Source: an uncultured bacterium
GTDB taxonomy: Bacteria > Auribacterota > Erginobacteria > Erginobacterales > Erginobacteraceae
Direction: 5' to 3'
NCBI GenBank assembly: GCA_963822585.1
Contig: CAWGIE010000047.1
Coordinates: forward strand, 128,001-192,000
Length of the DNA stretch: 64,000 nucleotides
Both the position numbers and the translations under genes were made by a program. The notes under the pieces were generated by a model. That model was not told the origin of the DNA and ran no database searches. It saw only the letters and a program-made list of their open reading frames with translations. Below are positions 37,114 to 47,283 of this stretch, piece after piece; the first letter of the stretch is position 1, and every line of letters starts with the position of its first letter.

Positions 37114-40100
37114 CTACCGGGTGACGGGGAGATCGCCGGGGAGGCCGAAATAGCAGCGGGTAAGAGCTGGGATCGCCCAGAGGCCGGCGGTATCCCGGAA
37201 GACGGCGATGTCGTCGCGGCCGTCTCCGGTATAATCGGCCGGGACCGGTCGGTCGGCGCCGGACCCGAAGTAGCGCCGGGTAATCCCCCGGACCGCCCAT
37301 AACCCGGAAGCAGGGCGGAATACCCCCGCTTCCCACATCCCGCCACCATCGTAGTCCCCGGGAACGGTCATGTCCGCCGCCCCGCCGAAGTAAACCCGGC
37401 TGATCCCTCTCAATGTCCAGAGGCCGGAACTGCCCCGGAAGAGACCGATGTCCTTCGCCGTATCCCCGTCGTAACGTCCCGGAACGGGGGCGTCCCCGGC
37501 GCCCCCGAAATAGACCCGGGTCACTCCCCGCACCGCCCAGAGACCGGAACTTTCCCGGAAGATCCCGATCTCGGTCGTCCCGTCCCCGTCGTAGTCTCCC
37601 GGCAGGGGGAGGTCTCCTCCGGTCCCGAAATACGCCCGGTAAAGGTCCCGGACCCCCCAGAGGCCGGTGGTTTCCCGGAAGATCCCGATCTCGGCCGTCC
37701 CGTCACCGTTATAATCGGCGGGGACGGGGCTGTCGCCGGCCCGACCGAAATAAACCCGGGTCAGCCGCCGGACCGCCCAGAGGCCGGAGGTATCACGAAA
37801 GACGGCGATATCGGAAGTCCCGTCGCCGTTGAAGTCGGCGCGATCCGGCCCGGCCGCCGGCGGGGGCGCCAGGAGGGCGACGGCGGCGGGGAGCCGGGCA
37901 AGATAGAGCCCCTGCACCTTGCCCAGGGGGGAGTCATCGGCCAGGGCGGCGTCAAGGGCCAGGCGGGTGAGGCCGGCGCCCATCTCCGCCAGGGCGGGAT
38001 CGCCCGTCTCTCCGGCCGCCCGCAGCAGCCCGGCGGGCAGGGTGGCCTTGCCGGTGTCGTAGAGGAGGGGGTCGCCGCCGCCCGGAGCGGCGGAGACGGC
38101 TCCCAGCGTCCCGCCGATCCGTTCGCCCGACCAGGTGAATACCAGCTGGTTGGGCCAGACGCCGAAAGCCGTGCCGTCGCCCCCCGGCGCCGCCGTCGAG
38201 CCGAACCGGGCCAGGGTGCGGGCCCAGGCCGCCAGCACCCGGCTGGGAGGGATGGCCGGGTTGCCGATGGGGGCGTCGCCGGTGTCGCGCTGGAGGCGAT
38301 AGAGATTGTTCATGTCGTAGAGGGAGGCCATCCAGAGCTGATCGGTGGTATCGGTCCCGGGGCCGTCGACGGCGTCGCCGGCCTCCAGCCAGAAACCGTA
38401 GCTGATACCGTCCCGCTTTGCCTCGACGTAGTGCTGAGTGACGGCCCGGGCCAGTCCCGATCGGTAGTCATCCAGGTAGCCGGAGTCATCCCCGGCCAGC
38501 CCCAGGAAACGGAAGACGGCGAACCACTGCGAGGCGACGCGGCCGCTGAGCCGGGCCCACTCGTCGGCCGGAGGATCGTCGGGGAGGCAGGGGGAGGCCG
38601 GCCGCCGGCTGCAGAGATAGTCGCGCATGGAAGCGGCGCCGCGCTCCAGCGTCTCCACCACGGTGTAGTCGCCGGTCAGCCAGTAGTAGAGGAAGAGGTT
38701 GTCGAAGTAGGCGTGCGAGCTGTTGAAGTCGAGGCGGTAGCCGCCGTAGCCGGCCGGCGCCTGCCCGCAGTAGAAGTAGCCGTCGCCGTCGGCGCACTGC
38801 ATGATCTGGGTATGGAGTGTGCGCAACGCTCCCGGGAAGGCGAGTTCGTCCAGCCACGCCACTTCGCCGGTACGCATGGCCCAAATCGGGGCGGTGGCGA
38901 TGGTGTTGTGGTAATCGGTCCAGGTGGCGCACCAGTAAAGATCGTCCCAGGTTTCCGCCGGGGTGGGGTCGTCCCCGCCGCAGTCCAACTCGTCGCCGAG
39001 GATGGTCCCCCCCCAGTAACGGGGATAGACGCCGAACGTCATCAGTCCGCCCAACCCCTTCTCGTCGATCTTCAGCAGGGTCCTCTCCAGCACGGTCGAG
39101 ACCAGCCTGTCGTAATCGGCCAGTGCCGCCGGCAGGGGCCCGGCCGGGAACTCGTCCACCGCCCCGGAGGCGGCGAAGAGGGCCGGCTCCGGCCAGGCGC
39201 GGAGCGGGCGGTTGAGGGGCGCCCAGAGCAGACGCTCCAGGTCGGGGCGGGACGGATCGGGGGGGAGCGCGCTTACCGCCATAGTGGCGAAGAGGCCCTG
39301 GCGGGCGCCCAGCCAGGTCTTGTCGTCGGCCAGGTCCGCCGCCAGCCGTCCGTCAGAGAGCAGCCGGAGCGCCTGGGGCTCGTAGCGGTGCATGTGGTTG
39401 AGGGCGACGGCCAGGGAACCGGCCGCGGCGCCGACCGCGAGCATCGCCCCGTCGGCCTGCTCTCCGGAAACGGATGCCCCGGCCACGTCGACATCAAAGG
39501 CCGGGGGCGCGGTCCGGCTCGGGCGCAGCCGCTGACGCACCCCGGCGCTTTGCCCGGCGGCGGCGGCGCCGGCAACGGCCCCGGATTCACGGGCGCCCAG
39601 CGCCGTCACGAAGAAGGGCGGGGAGATATCCAGGGTGAGAGCGTCGCGCACCCTCTCCACCAGGAGGGCGTTGGGCGCGCCGCCGCACTCCAGTTCCCCG
39701 CTTCCGCAGCGGTCGCCTTCCCAGCTGAGCGAGTGCCTGACCAGTGCCGTGGGAGAGCCGGCGGTGAAAACGTAGCGCCGCCGGGAGGCGAGTCCTCCCC
39801 CTCCGACCGGCGACAGGTCGTAGTCACTCTCCACCACGACGACCGCCGCCAGGGGCCCCTCGTCTTCGACGGTCACCCGGCGGATGGCGGCTTCGGAAGA
39901 AAGCGTCCCGCCGACCCGGGCGGTGAGCTCGCCGCCGCCGGCCAGTCGGCCGCCGCCGGGCAGGATAATCTCGTCGAAGAGCGCCCCCGGCTCGCTGCCG
40001 ACGGTGAAGGAAGCGGCGCCGGTGTTGACCGTGACCCGGCTGCCGTTTCCGGTCACGGTCAGGGGGATATCGGGGGCCGGGTTGGGTCCGGCCGAGCCGT

Positions 40101-40527
40101 CGGTGACCAGGCGGTAGCGGACGCTTCCGGCGGCCGGGACGCTGGCGGGAAAGGCGGCCAGCAGCCACTGGACGGGCGCGTTGGTATCCCGGCCGGCGTT
40201 CCAGCGGGCCAGGACCCGGAACTGGGCGGGCACCGGGCTTCCGTTTGCGTCGACCACGGTCAATCCGGAGGTGGAGCGGACAGCGAGTTCACGGGGCAGG
40301 GGGATCCCGGAGCGGATCACTTCGTTGGTCCGGGCGATCCCGGCGGTCTCGCGCACGGTGAGGTTTAATTCGGCGGGAAGGGGCGGAGGATACCGGCGGC
40401 GGCGCGTTGGACGGAGATCGTCCTGGCCCTCTCCGGCAGGAGCGTCCCCGGGAGCCACCGTCAAAATCAGCGCCAGTACGGCCGGTAGAAAGCAGCAATC
40501 AATCCGCTTGCCGGGTCTTATTCTCAT
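37114..40527 (-). CDS. Large exported protein, YetA/exo-rhamnogalacturonan-lyase-like, with C-terminal FG-GAP/VCBS module
   Basis: LTVRETAGIAR..SGIPLP..VPAQFRVLARW N-terminus; GLMTFG, YYWLTGD; ends PVTR. Confidence 0.75.
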   Translation of the reverse strand: MRIRPGKRIDCCFLPAVLALILTVAPGDAPAGEGQDDLRPTRRRRYPPPLPAELNLTVRETAGIARTNEVIRSGIPLPRELAVRSTSGLTVVDANGSPVPAQFRVLARWNAGRDTNAPVQWLLAAFPASVPAAGSVRYRLVTDGSAGPNPAPDIPLTVTGNGSRVTVNTGAASFTVGSEPGALFDEIILPGGGRLAGGGELTARVGGTLSSEAAIRRVTVEDEGPLAAVVVVESDYDLSPVGGGGLASRRRYVFTAGSPTALVRHSLSWEGDRCGSGELECGGAPNALLVERVRDALTLDISPPFFVTALGARESGAVAGAAAAGQSAGVRQRLRPSRTAPPAFDVDVAGASVSGEQADGAMLAVGAAAGSLAVALNHMHRYEPQALRLLSDGRLAADLADDKTWLGARQGLFATMAVSALPPDPSRPDLERLLWAPLNRPLRAWPEPALFAASGAVDEFPAGPLPAALADYDRLVSTVLERTLLKIDEKGLGGLMTFGVYPRYWGGTILGDELDCGGDDPTPAETWDDLYWCATWTDYHNTIATAPIWAMRTGEVAWLDELAFPGALRTLHTQIMQCADGDGYFYCGQAPAGYGGYRLDFNSSHAYFDNLFLYYWLTGDYTVVETLERGAASMRDYLCSRRPASPCLPDDPPADEWARLSGRVASQWFAVFRFLGLAGDDSGYLDDYRSGLARAVTQHYVEAKRDGISYGFWLEAGDAVDGPGTDTTDQLWMASLYDMNNLYRLQRDTGDAPIGNPAIPPSRVLAAWARTLARFGSTAAPGGDGTAFGVWPNQLVFTWSGERIGGTLGAVSAAPGGGDPLLYDTGKATLPAGLLRAAGETGDPALAEMGAGLTRLALDAALADDSPLGKVQGLYLARLPAAVALLAPPPAAGPDRADFNGDGTSDIAVFRDTSGLWAVRRLTRVYFGRAGDSPVPADYNGDGTAEIGIFRETTGLWGVRDLYRAYFGTGGDLPLPGDYDGDGTTEIGIFRESSGLWAVRGVTRVYFGGAGDAPVPGRYDGDTAKDIGLFRGSSGLWTLRGISRVYFGGAADMTVPGDYDGGGMWEAGVFRPASGLWAVRGITRRYFGSGADRPVPADYTGDGRDDIAVFRDTAGLWAIPALTRCYFGLPGDLPVTR

Positions 40528-40602
40528 ACGAACAGCTATCCGGGATTATGTATGCTTTAAATATACCATTATAACCAGGGGGCAGACAGGGGCGGGGAAA
40601 GA

Positions 40603-41010
40603 CTGAACGTTCAACGTTCAACGTCGAACGCTCAACGTCCAACGGGCGCCCCCTCACCCGATTGAGCTTCGCTCCCTTCGACAAGCTCAGGATCTATGAC
40701 GATCGCCCTCTCCCGCGGAGGGGAGAGGAAAATCGGCGGGGAAAGACTGAACGTTCAACGTCGAACATCCAACGTTCAACGTCCAACATCCAACGTTCAA
40801 CGTTCAACGTTCAACGTTCAACTTCGAACATGGGGACAAAGTCAAGGGAACCTTTTCTATCCAATCACCTTTCCGTCAAAAACTGCCGGATCTACGACAA
40901 TTCGTCTGTTAAATAAAGGGGGCGAGGTGGGGGACGTTTCGTGTAATCCTTCGGCTACGCTCAGGACAAGTTTCGCGTAATTCGTAGTTTAATCAAAGGG
41001 GGAGGGGGAT
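40603..41010. repeat. Mosaic intergenic repeat (heptamer arrays + CTATCCAATCACC module + TCCTTCGGCTACGCTCAGGACAAG module)
   Basis: Modules recur at 44818-45047 and 52020-52335. Confidence 0.8.
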
Positions 41011-42117
41011 TTATTCCGGGGAGCGGCGCAGGATCACGCTGGCGATCTCGCCGGGCTGCCAGAGCCGCATCCGGGGCCCCCAGGTGCCCGCCCCCCGGGA
41101 GACGATCACCGGCATGCCGTCAACATCGTAGCGCCCCGCGATCAGGGGATAGCGGGTCTTGACCAGATAATTCCAGGGCCAGATCTGGCCGCCGTGGGTG
41201 TGGCCGGCCAGCATCAGGTCCACCCCCTGCCGGGCGGCAAACTCCGCCTCCGCGGGCTCGTGCGAGAGCAGGATGGTCACCCCCGGCGGCCTTCCTTCCA
41301 ATGCCCGGAGAATGCGTTCATCCCTTGCTTCCCTCCCGCTTTCTCTCCCCGGGTATTCGATCCCGGCCAGAACCAGGCCGGGCCGGAGTTCGACGTGGGA
41401 GTTAAGCAGGAGATGGAACCCTGAGGCTTCCAGGGTCTTCCGGACGACGTCACTGCGGCCGTAGGATTCGTGGTTGCCGGGGACGGCCCAGACACCGAGT
41501 GGAGCGGTGAGGGTTCGCAGGACCGGCAACAGCTTCTCCTGATCGTAGCCGTGTCCTTCCAGGATATCGCCCAGGAGGAGCACGGCGGCGGGTTTTTCCT
41601 TCTCGACCCGGGAGATCAGCCTTTTCATCCAGTTCTTCCCCAGGATGGAGCCGAGATGGGTGTCTGAGACGGCGACCAGTTTCAGCCCGTCCAGTTTTTC
41701 GGGAAGCCCGGGGAGGTAGATATTATAAGTATCCACCACCGGGAGGCGGTGTCCCTGGACGAGTGCGATCGCGGAAAGAAGAAGACCGGCCAGAAGAGCG
41801 GCCCCGCGCAGGCCGGGCGCGATCCGGGGGAAGAAAAAGCCGAAACCGGTGAGGAAATCCGCCGCCAGGACGCAGGCGAAGGTGATAAAAACGATCCCCA
41901 GCCAGGTCATCCCGGCGATCTCCAGTGCGGCCGCCGCCGGCCCCGTTGCTCCGTGGCTGACCACCCGGCCCAGATAGAAGATGATCCAGAGAAGAGCCCC
42001 GATCGCGATCAGGGAAAGCGGGGAAAGATGAGCCCGGACAAACGGCACCGAAGAGATACGCCAGAAGACGTATGCCTGCATGACCGTGACCGCGATGGCG
42101 AGGAATGTTCCGAACAT
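41011..42117 (-). CDS. Membrane metallophosphoesterase (YkuE-like)
   Basis: SDTHLG, GD, GNHE, LSH, GHTHGGQ. Confidence 0.9.
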   Translation of the reverse strand: MFGTFLAIAVTVMQAYVFWRISSVPFVRAHLSPLSLIAIGALLWIIFYLGRVVSHGATGPAAAALEIAGMTWLGIVFITFACVLAADFLTGFGFFFPRIAPGLRGAALLAGLLLSAIALVQGHRLPVVDTYNIYLPGLPEKLDGLKLVAVSDTHLGSILGKNWMKRLISRVEKEKPAAVLLLGDILEGHGYDQEKLLPVLRTLTAPLGVWAVPGNHESYGRSDVVRKTLEASGFHLLLNSHVELRPGLVLAGIEYPGRESGREARDERILRALEGRPPGVTILLSHEPAEAEFAARQGVDLMLAGHTHGGQIWPWNYLVKTRYPLIAGRYDVDGMPVIVSRGAGTWGPRMRLWQPGEIASVILRRSPE

Positions 42118-42252
42118 GGTAACCTCGATAAAGTATAGTGGCCTGACCGGAATATAGCATATTCCCCTTCATGGCAACCCATGTATCTGGTACACTGTGG
42201 TAAATAATCGTTGGTCAGGCTCATCGCCGGTTCCGAAAGAGGATAAAAGAAG

Positions 42253-43031
42253 ATGGACAGGATCGATTTCTATTATTTTTCGGGGACGGGGAACACCCTC
42301 CTGGTGATCCGGAAGATGAAGGAGGTTTTCGAAAGCCACGGCATGGAGGTCAACCTCTTCCGGATGGAAAAGACCGACCCGTCGGAAGTCAACGTGAGTC
42401 ACCTGATCGGTCTCGGGTTCCCGGTCGCCGAACAGGGGACCTATCCCTTCGTCTGGGATTTTATCTCCGCCCTCCCGCCCGCGCAAGGAACAAGGATTTT
42501 CATGGTCGACACCCTGCTCGCCTTTTCCGGGGGGGCGGTGGGGCCGGTGAAAAAGATCGTGAAGGCGAAAGGATACACGCCGATCGGGGCCAAGGAAATA
42601 CGGATGCCGAACAATCTCTTCCCGGGAAAGATTATCCCGGAGAAGGTGGAGAAGAAGGTCCGGAAGAGGGCTCGCCGCCGCCGAGGAAATACGCCGGAGG
42701 ATATTCCGGCCGGCCGGTCGAGATGGCGGCGTTTCCCCATTGTTCGGACATCATTGTCCCGGATTTCCCGGAGTGAGGCCTCCTGGAAGTTTTTCAAGCG
42801 GTTTTATCCCCTGGAGATAGACAGGGAAAAATGCACGAAATGCGGTCTCTGCGTCACCTTATGCCCGGTCAAGAATATAAAGATGAATGAATATCCGGAA
42901 TTTCTGCGGCAAATGTACGATTCTGCATGCGCTGCGTCTCCTTCTGCCCCAGCGAAGCGATCTCTCTGCCGAGAAAGCGGCACGAGAGATATCGCGCGGT
43001 ATCGGCAAGGGAGATAAGTGGGGGGTACTAA
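42253..43031 (+). pseudogene. EFR1-family flavodoxin-ferredoxin, frameshifted
   Basis: YFSGTGNT, MPNN, CTKCGLCVTLCP; second cluster (FCMRCVSFCP) is in another frame ending at 43031. Confidence 0.8.
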
Positions 43032-43170
43032 ATGGAGTGGTGGAGTGATGGAGTATTGGAATGATGGCATCTCGGGCCGCGCCCGAAGGGAAAAGATACT
43101 TTACACGTTACTTGTTAAACTTCACACCCGACAGCGCCGCGGGCGCTGCATACTCGAAAGGAGGGTTCAG

Positions 43171-44007
43171 ATGAGAAAGGGATTATGGCTGACGGGGATG
43201 GCCGCGGCCGGGATATTCGCCCTGGCGGCGGCGGTCAGAGGAGAAGAGCCGCCTCCGGCCGCAAACAAAGCCCGGGTTGAAGTCCGGGGGATCCGGGTCG
43301 CGGGGAAGGGCTACGGCGACGACCAGTCGATGCGCCCCTTCAACTGGAGCTACGGGACCGTACTCGCGCTTCTGCTGGTTTCGGATGAGGGTGGGATCAT
43401 CGCCTTTGACGAAGACAAGAGCGTCGTCTTGAAGTGTCAGGACGACCGGGGAACCAACCTCCTGGAAGAGGTGAAAAAGGGAGGGTTTACCCAGAAACCG
43501 GGCTTCAGCGGTTTCCCCGACATCAGTACCGACGGCAAAGCCTGTCTCCTCGAGCTGAGGTTGGAGAGGAACGCCGCCCCCGGCGCGACCGCTATCGAAG
43601 CGGCGGGGATCCTGGCGGTGACCATCGCCACCAAGCAGGAAACCTACCGGCAGCCGGTCGTCCTGGAGAACGGCGCGATCGTTTCCGCCGGCCCGATCAC
43701 GCTCACGGTCACCAAAGTCGGCGAGTCCGGATATTCCGCTTCCGAAGACGAGGAGTTCCCCTTCACCCTGGAAGCAAAACAGGACCTGGGTTCGGTGGCG
43801 GGGATCGCGTTTTTCGACGGGGAAGGCAACGAACTCGAATCCTCCTCCCAGGGGAAAAGCCGCTGGGGGTTCGCGGGCAGCGTCACGGAGGAGTGGGGGT
43901 ATGCCCTGAAGAAAAAGGCCCCGAACGTGACCATCGCAGTGACTCGCTGGACCGATATGACGGATGCCCGTATCCCGTTTGACGTCAAGGCTACGCTGGG
44001 TCTTTGA
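43171..44007 (+). CDS. Secreted hypothetical protein
   Basis: RBS aaggaggg; signal peptide ending AVRG. Confidence 0.75.
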   Translation: MRKGLWLTGMAAAGIFALAAAVRGEEPPPAANKARVEVRGIRVAGKGYGDDQSMRPFNWSYGTVLALLLVSDEGGIIAFDEDKSVVLKCQDDRGTNLLEEVKKGGFTQKPGFSGFPDISTDGKACLLELRLERNAAPGATAIEAAGILAVTIATKQETYRQPVVLENGAIVSAGPITLTVTKVGESGYSASEDEEFPFTLEAKQDLGSVAGIAFFDGEGNELESSSQGKSRWGFAGSVTEEWGYALKKKAPNVTIAVTRWTDMTDARIPFDVKATLGL

Positions 44008-44142
44008 TGTGAGTCGGGGAGGGGAGACCGATCTCAATCGGTTGGCTGGCCGGAGTGCTGGAGTGATGGAGTATTGGAGTGTTGGAGTGACTGTCTCGCA
44101 CGCCCATCACTTTACCAACGGTACCATCAAGGAGGTTGAAGT

Positions 44143-44788
44143 ATGAAGGAAAAGCATTATGCCGCCGCGGCGCTGATTTCGTTTTTGGTCATGACAGGGA
44201 CCGGCAGTCCCGGGCAGGAAACGGGAAATCCCCCGGCCCCGGGAACGGCCGGTTCCGGGACCACCGTCCAGTTCAGCTGCCCGCTTCCCCTGAGCGAAGA
44301 AGCCGTGAACCTGCAGGCAACGCTCCCGGAGGGCTGGAAACGCAACCCGGATTTCGGCACCGTGGTCTTCGAGCCCGGTGACGCCGCCGAATACTTTGAA
44401 GCGCCCTCCATCGAGGTGACGGTCCTCTGCGAAGGCGAATGCCAACCGGAAGTCATCCCCGACAACATCGCGTTCTTTCGTCCAGCGTCTCCTGGCCGGC
44501 TGGCGGACCCTCTCGACCGGAAACCCGGAAATGGATAATCTGGGCACCAACGTGGAGATTGTCGGAGATGAGCAGATCGGAGACGCCCGGGTATTTGAGG
44601 TGAAGCTGACCTACCCGGAAGGCGTCTCGGCGGCGATGTATCCGCCGCGATACTGGGTGTACCGGTTTATCCACGACCCGGAAGATCCGTATTTTATCCT
44701 GGTCAAGGGGAAGGTGCCTTTGAACCTGGCGGACCAGTTTCTCTCCGCCGTCCGGGCCGCCTGCCTGAGCGTTAAGAAACAGGGGTAA
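44143..44788 (+). pseudogene. Secreted hypothetical protein split by a frameshift near 44475
   Basis: Shifted frame reads FVQRLLAGWRTLSTGNPEMDNLG into ORF 44531. Confidence 0.6.
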
Positions 44789-45093
44789 GGGATAAGGGGG
44801 AAGGGATAAGGGAAAGACTGAACGTTCAACGCTCAACGTCGAACGTCCAACTTCGAATGGATAGGGGACGAAGTAAAGGGAACCTTTCCTATCCAATCAC
44901 CTTCAATTCGTCTGTTTCACTAAAGGGGGTGAGGTGGGGGGATAAAAAACTGAACTTCGAACGTCGAATGTCAGTTGAGGCAGAGGGAACCATTCCCCTT
45001 CAATAACATTCCCGTCAAAAACTGCCGGATCTTCGACAATCGTCTGCCCCGCCCCGAGGCCTTAATCGGGGTTTCAAAAGAGGCAGCGGCTGA

Positions 45094-47040
45094 TTACCGC
45101 GTGGCCGGGATGTCGCCCAGGGAGCCGAAATAGGCCCGGGTCTCTCCCTTGATCGCCCAAAGGGCGGTTCCGGGCCGGAAGAGGCCGGGAATATCCTGCC
45201 CTCCCCCGGCGAAGGAGCCGACCACCGGATAGTCGCCCGATTCCCCGAAGTAGGCGCGGCCGCCTTCCCGGACCGCCCAGAGGCCGGTGGCGGGGCGGAA
45301 GACCGCCGGAAGCGTCCGGAAGGGACCGGCTTTCTTCTCCGCCGGATACCATTGATAGGTGCCAGGGACGGGAACGTCGCCGTCGGCCCCGAAATACCAC
45401 CGGCTGAGCGAACGGAGCGCCCAGAGGCCGGAGGAACCCCGGAAGACCCCCACCTCGGCGCTCCCGTTCCCGTCGTAATCCCCGGGGACCGGCAGATCGC
45501 CGCTCGCGCCGTAGTAGACCCGACTGATGCCGCGCAGGGACCAGCGGCCGTTCGCCGGACCGAAGACGGCCATATCGCAGGCGCCGTCACCGTCGTAGTC
45601 GGCGGGGACGGGCATGTCGCCCGCCGTCCCGAAATATGCCCGGGTCAGGCCCTTGACCGCCCAGAGGCTGCTGGAGGGACGATAGACGGCCACGTCCGCG
45701 AACCCGTCTCCGTTATAGTCCCCGGGAACGGGGATATCGCCGGCGGCGCCGAAGTAGATCCTCCCCAGCCCCCGGACCGCCCAGAGACCGGCGGAGGGAC
45801 GGAAGACGGCGATATCGGACCGGCTGTCCCCGTTGTAGTCCCCCGATTCCATCACGTAGTAATCCTGGGAGGGGCGGTCGAAGGCGAAGATCAGTCCCTT
45901 CCCGTCGGTGCCGCCGTCGCCGGCGAGGCCGTAAAAGGTATTACCGAGCAGAAGAAGCCGCCCGTTGACCCAGGAGCCGTCGGTATAGTTCCAGCGGTGC
46001 AGGACCGTGTAATCGGAGCCGTCGGACTTGATCGAGTAGATGACGCCGAAAGCGGTGGGGCCGTTTTCGCTGGTGGCGCCGTATAAGGTGTCTCCGACCA
46101 GGACCACCCCCTCGAACGGGCTGCCGTCGCCGAGGGCGAAGTCATGGATAACGGCAAAGTCCGATCCATCGGTGTCGATCGAGAAGAGCACCCCCTGACC
46201 GGCAGCCCCCCCGGTGCCGGCTGCGCCGTAAATCTTTCCCCCGACCATGAGCGGGGTGCAGAAAGAGGTGTCGCCGTCATCGCCGTCGAAGAGGTGGAGG
46301 AGGGTGAAACCGGTACCGTCGGTCCGGATGGAGAAGATCACGCCGTTATCGCCCCCGCCGCCGTCGGCGGTGGTGCCGTAGAGGACGCCGTCGGTGAGCA
46401 GCAGCCCCCCGCCCGGTAACTCCCCGTCGGACTCGTTGAAGCTGTGGAGGAGGGTGAATCCGGTCCCGTCCGTCTCCACGGCGAAGACCGCCCCTCCTTC
46501 CTGAGGCTGACCGCCGCCGGTACTGGCGGTGGCGTAGAGCCGGCTTCCGTCGGAGATGAAGAAGGCGTTGGGAAGAGAGGCGTATTCGTCCCCGCCGCCG
46601 CAGGCGAACTCCCAGAAGACGGTAGTGCCGCTCCCGTTGGGGTCGAGTGAGAAGAGGGTGCCGCAGCCGGTATTGTCCGCGTTGGGGCAGTTGGTTCCGC
46701 TGCAGCCCCCGGCCCAGGTGATCCCGTAGAGCGTGCCCATGAAGGGGAAGAGGCTCCCGTGCGGCCACTGCCCGTCGCCCGGCTGCCCGGCGAAGTGATG
46801 AAGAAGGGTGTAATCGGTCCCGTCGGGGTTGAGCGAGAAGACCATCCCCTTGTTGTCGATGGTGTCTCCGGCCGTCATCCCGTAGAGCCGTCCCCCCATC
46901 TCGACCAGGTGTCCGTAGGGAGCGCTTCCGTCCGTCCCGTCGAACTCGTGGATGACCCGGTAATTGATCCCGGCGCGGGCGGGCGTTCCCAGCAGCAGGG
47001 CGGCCGCGATCCAGCAGAGGCGAGACGGAACCTTCTTCAT
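45094..47040 (-). CDS. Exported GloVer-type tandem-repeat protein with C-terminal FG-GAP/VCBS module
   Basis: LYGxT..GG..G.IFS..DG..FT.LH.F repeats; ends PATR; RBS aaggaggag. Confidence 0.85.
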   Translation of the reverse strand: MKKVPSRLCWIAAALLLGTPARAGINYRVIHEFDGTDGSAPYGHLVEMGGRLYGMTAGDTIDNKGMVFSLNPDGTDYTLLHHFAGQPGDGQWPHGSLFPFMGTLYGITWAGGCSGTNCPNADNTGCGTLFSLDPNGSGTTVFWEFACGGGDEYASLPNAFFISDGSRLYATASTGGGQPQEGGAVFAVETDGTGFTLLHSFNESDGELPGGGLLLTDGVLYGTTADGGGGDNGVIFSIRTDGTGFTLLHLFDGDDGDTSFCTPLMVGGKIYGAAGTGGAAGQGVLFSIDTDGSDFAVIHDFALGDGSPFEGVVLVGDTLYGATSENGPTAFGVIYSIKSDGSDYTVLHRWNYTDGSWVNGRLLLLGNTFYGLAGDGGTDGKGLIFAFDRPSQDYYVMESGDYNGDSRSDIAVFRPSAGLWAVRGLGRIYFGAAGDIPVPGDYNGDGFADVAVYRPSSSLWAVKGLTRAYFGTAGDMPVPADYDGDGACDMAVFGPANGRWSLRGISRVYYGASGDLPVPGDYDGNGSAEVGVFRGSSGLWALRSLSRWYFGADGDVPVPGTYQWYPAEKKAGPFRTLPAVFRPATGLWAVREGGRAYFGESGDYPVVGSFAGGGQDIPGLFRPGTALWAIKGETRAYFGSLGDIPATR

Positions 47041-47283
47041 GGCGCTCCTCCTTTCCCCGGAAGGGATGTGAGCATGAGCATGTATTTAGGGACAGTGTAC
47101 AATAATAACGCCCGCCGGTTCAATAGTATTTCTAACCGAAACCGCCCCCGCTTCCCCCGTCGCCGCCCGCCCCGGTTCTCTGAGGGACGATATTTTCTTT
47201 TGCCCTCCCGGATGGATATGTATAATCCATCTTCGGGCCGGCGGCTGCCGCCGCCGGAGAGACTCCCAGACAAGGATCGCGGT

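Noticed and set aside
31492..40368. Long antisense ORFs (31492-33348, 38431-40368; also 8490-9578, 50557-52074)
   Set aside because: Shadow frames of well-supported genes in GC-rich DNA, with no recognisable motifs.
46759..47283. N-terminal extension of ORF 46759..48135
   Set aside because: It overlaps the opposite-strand gene and its promoter; paralog alignment and RBS favour TTG at 47284.
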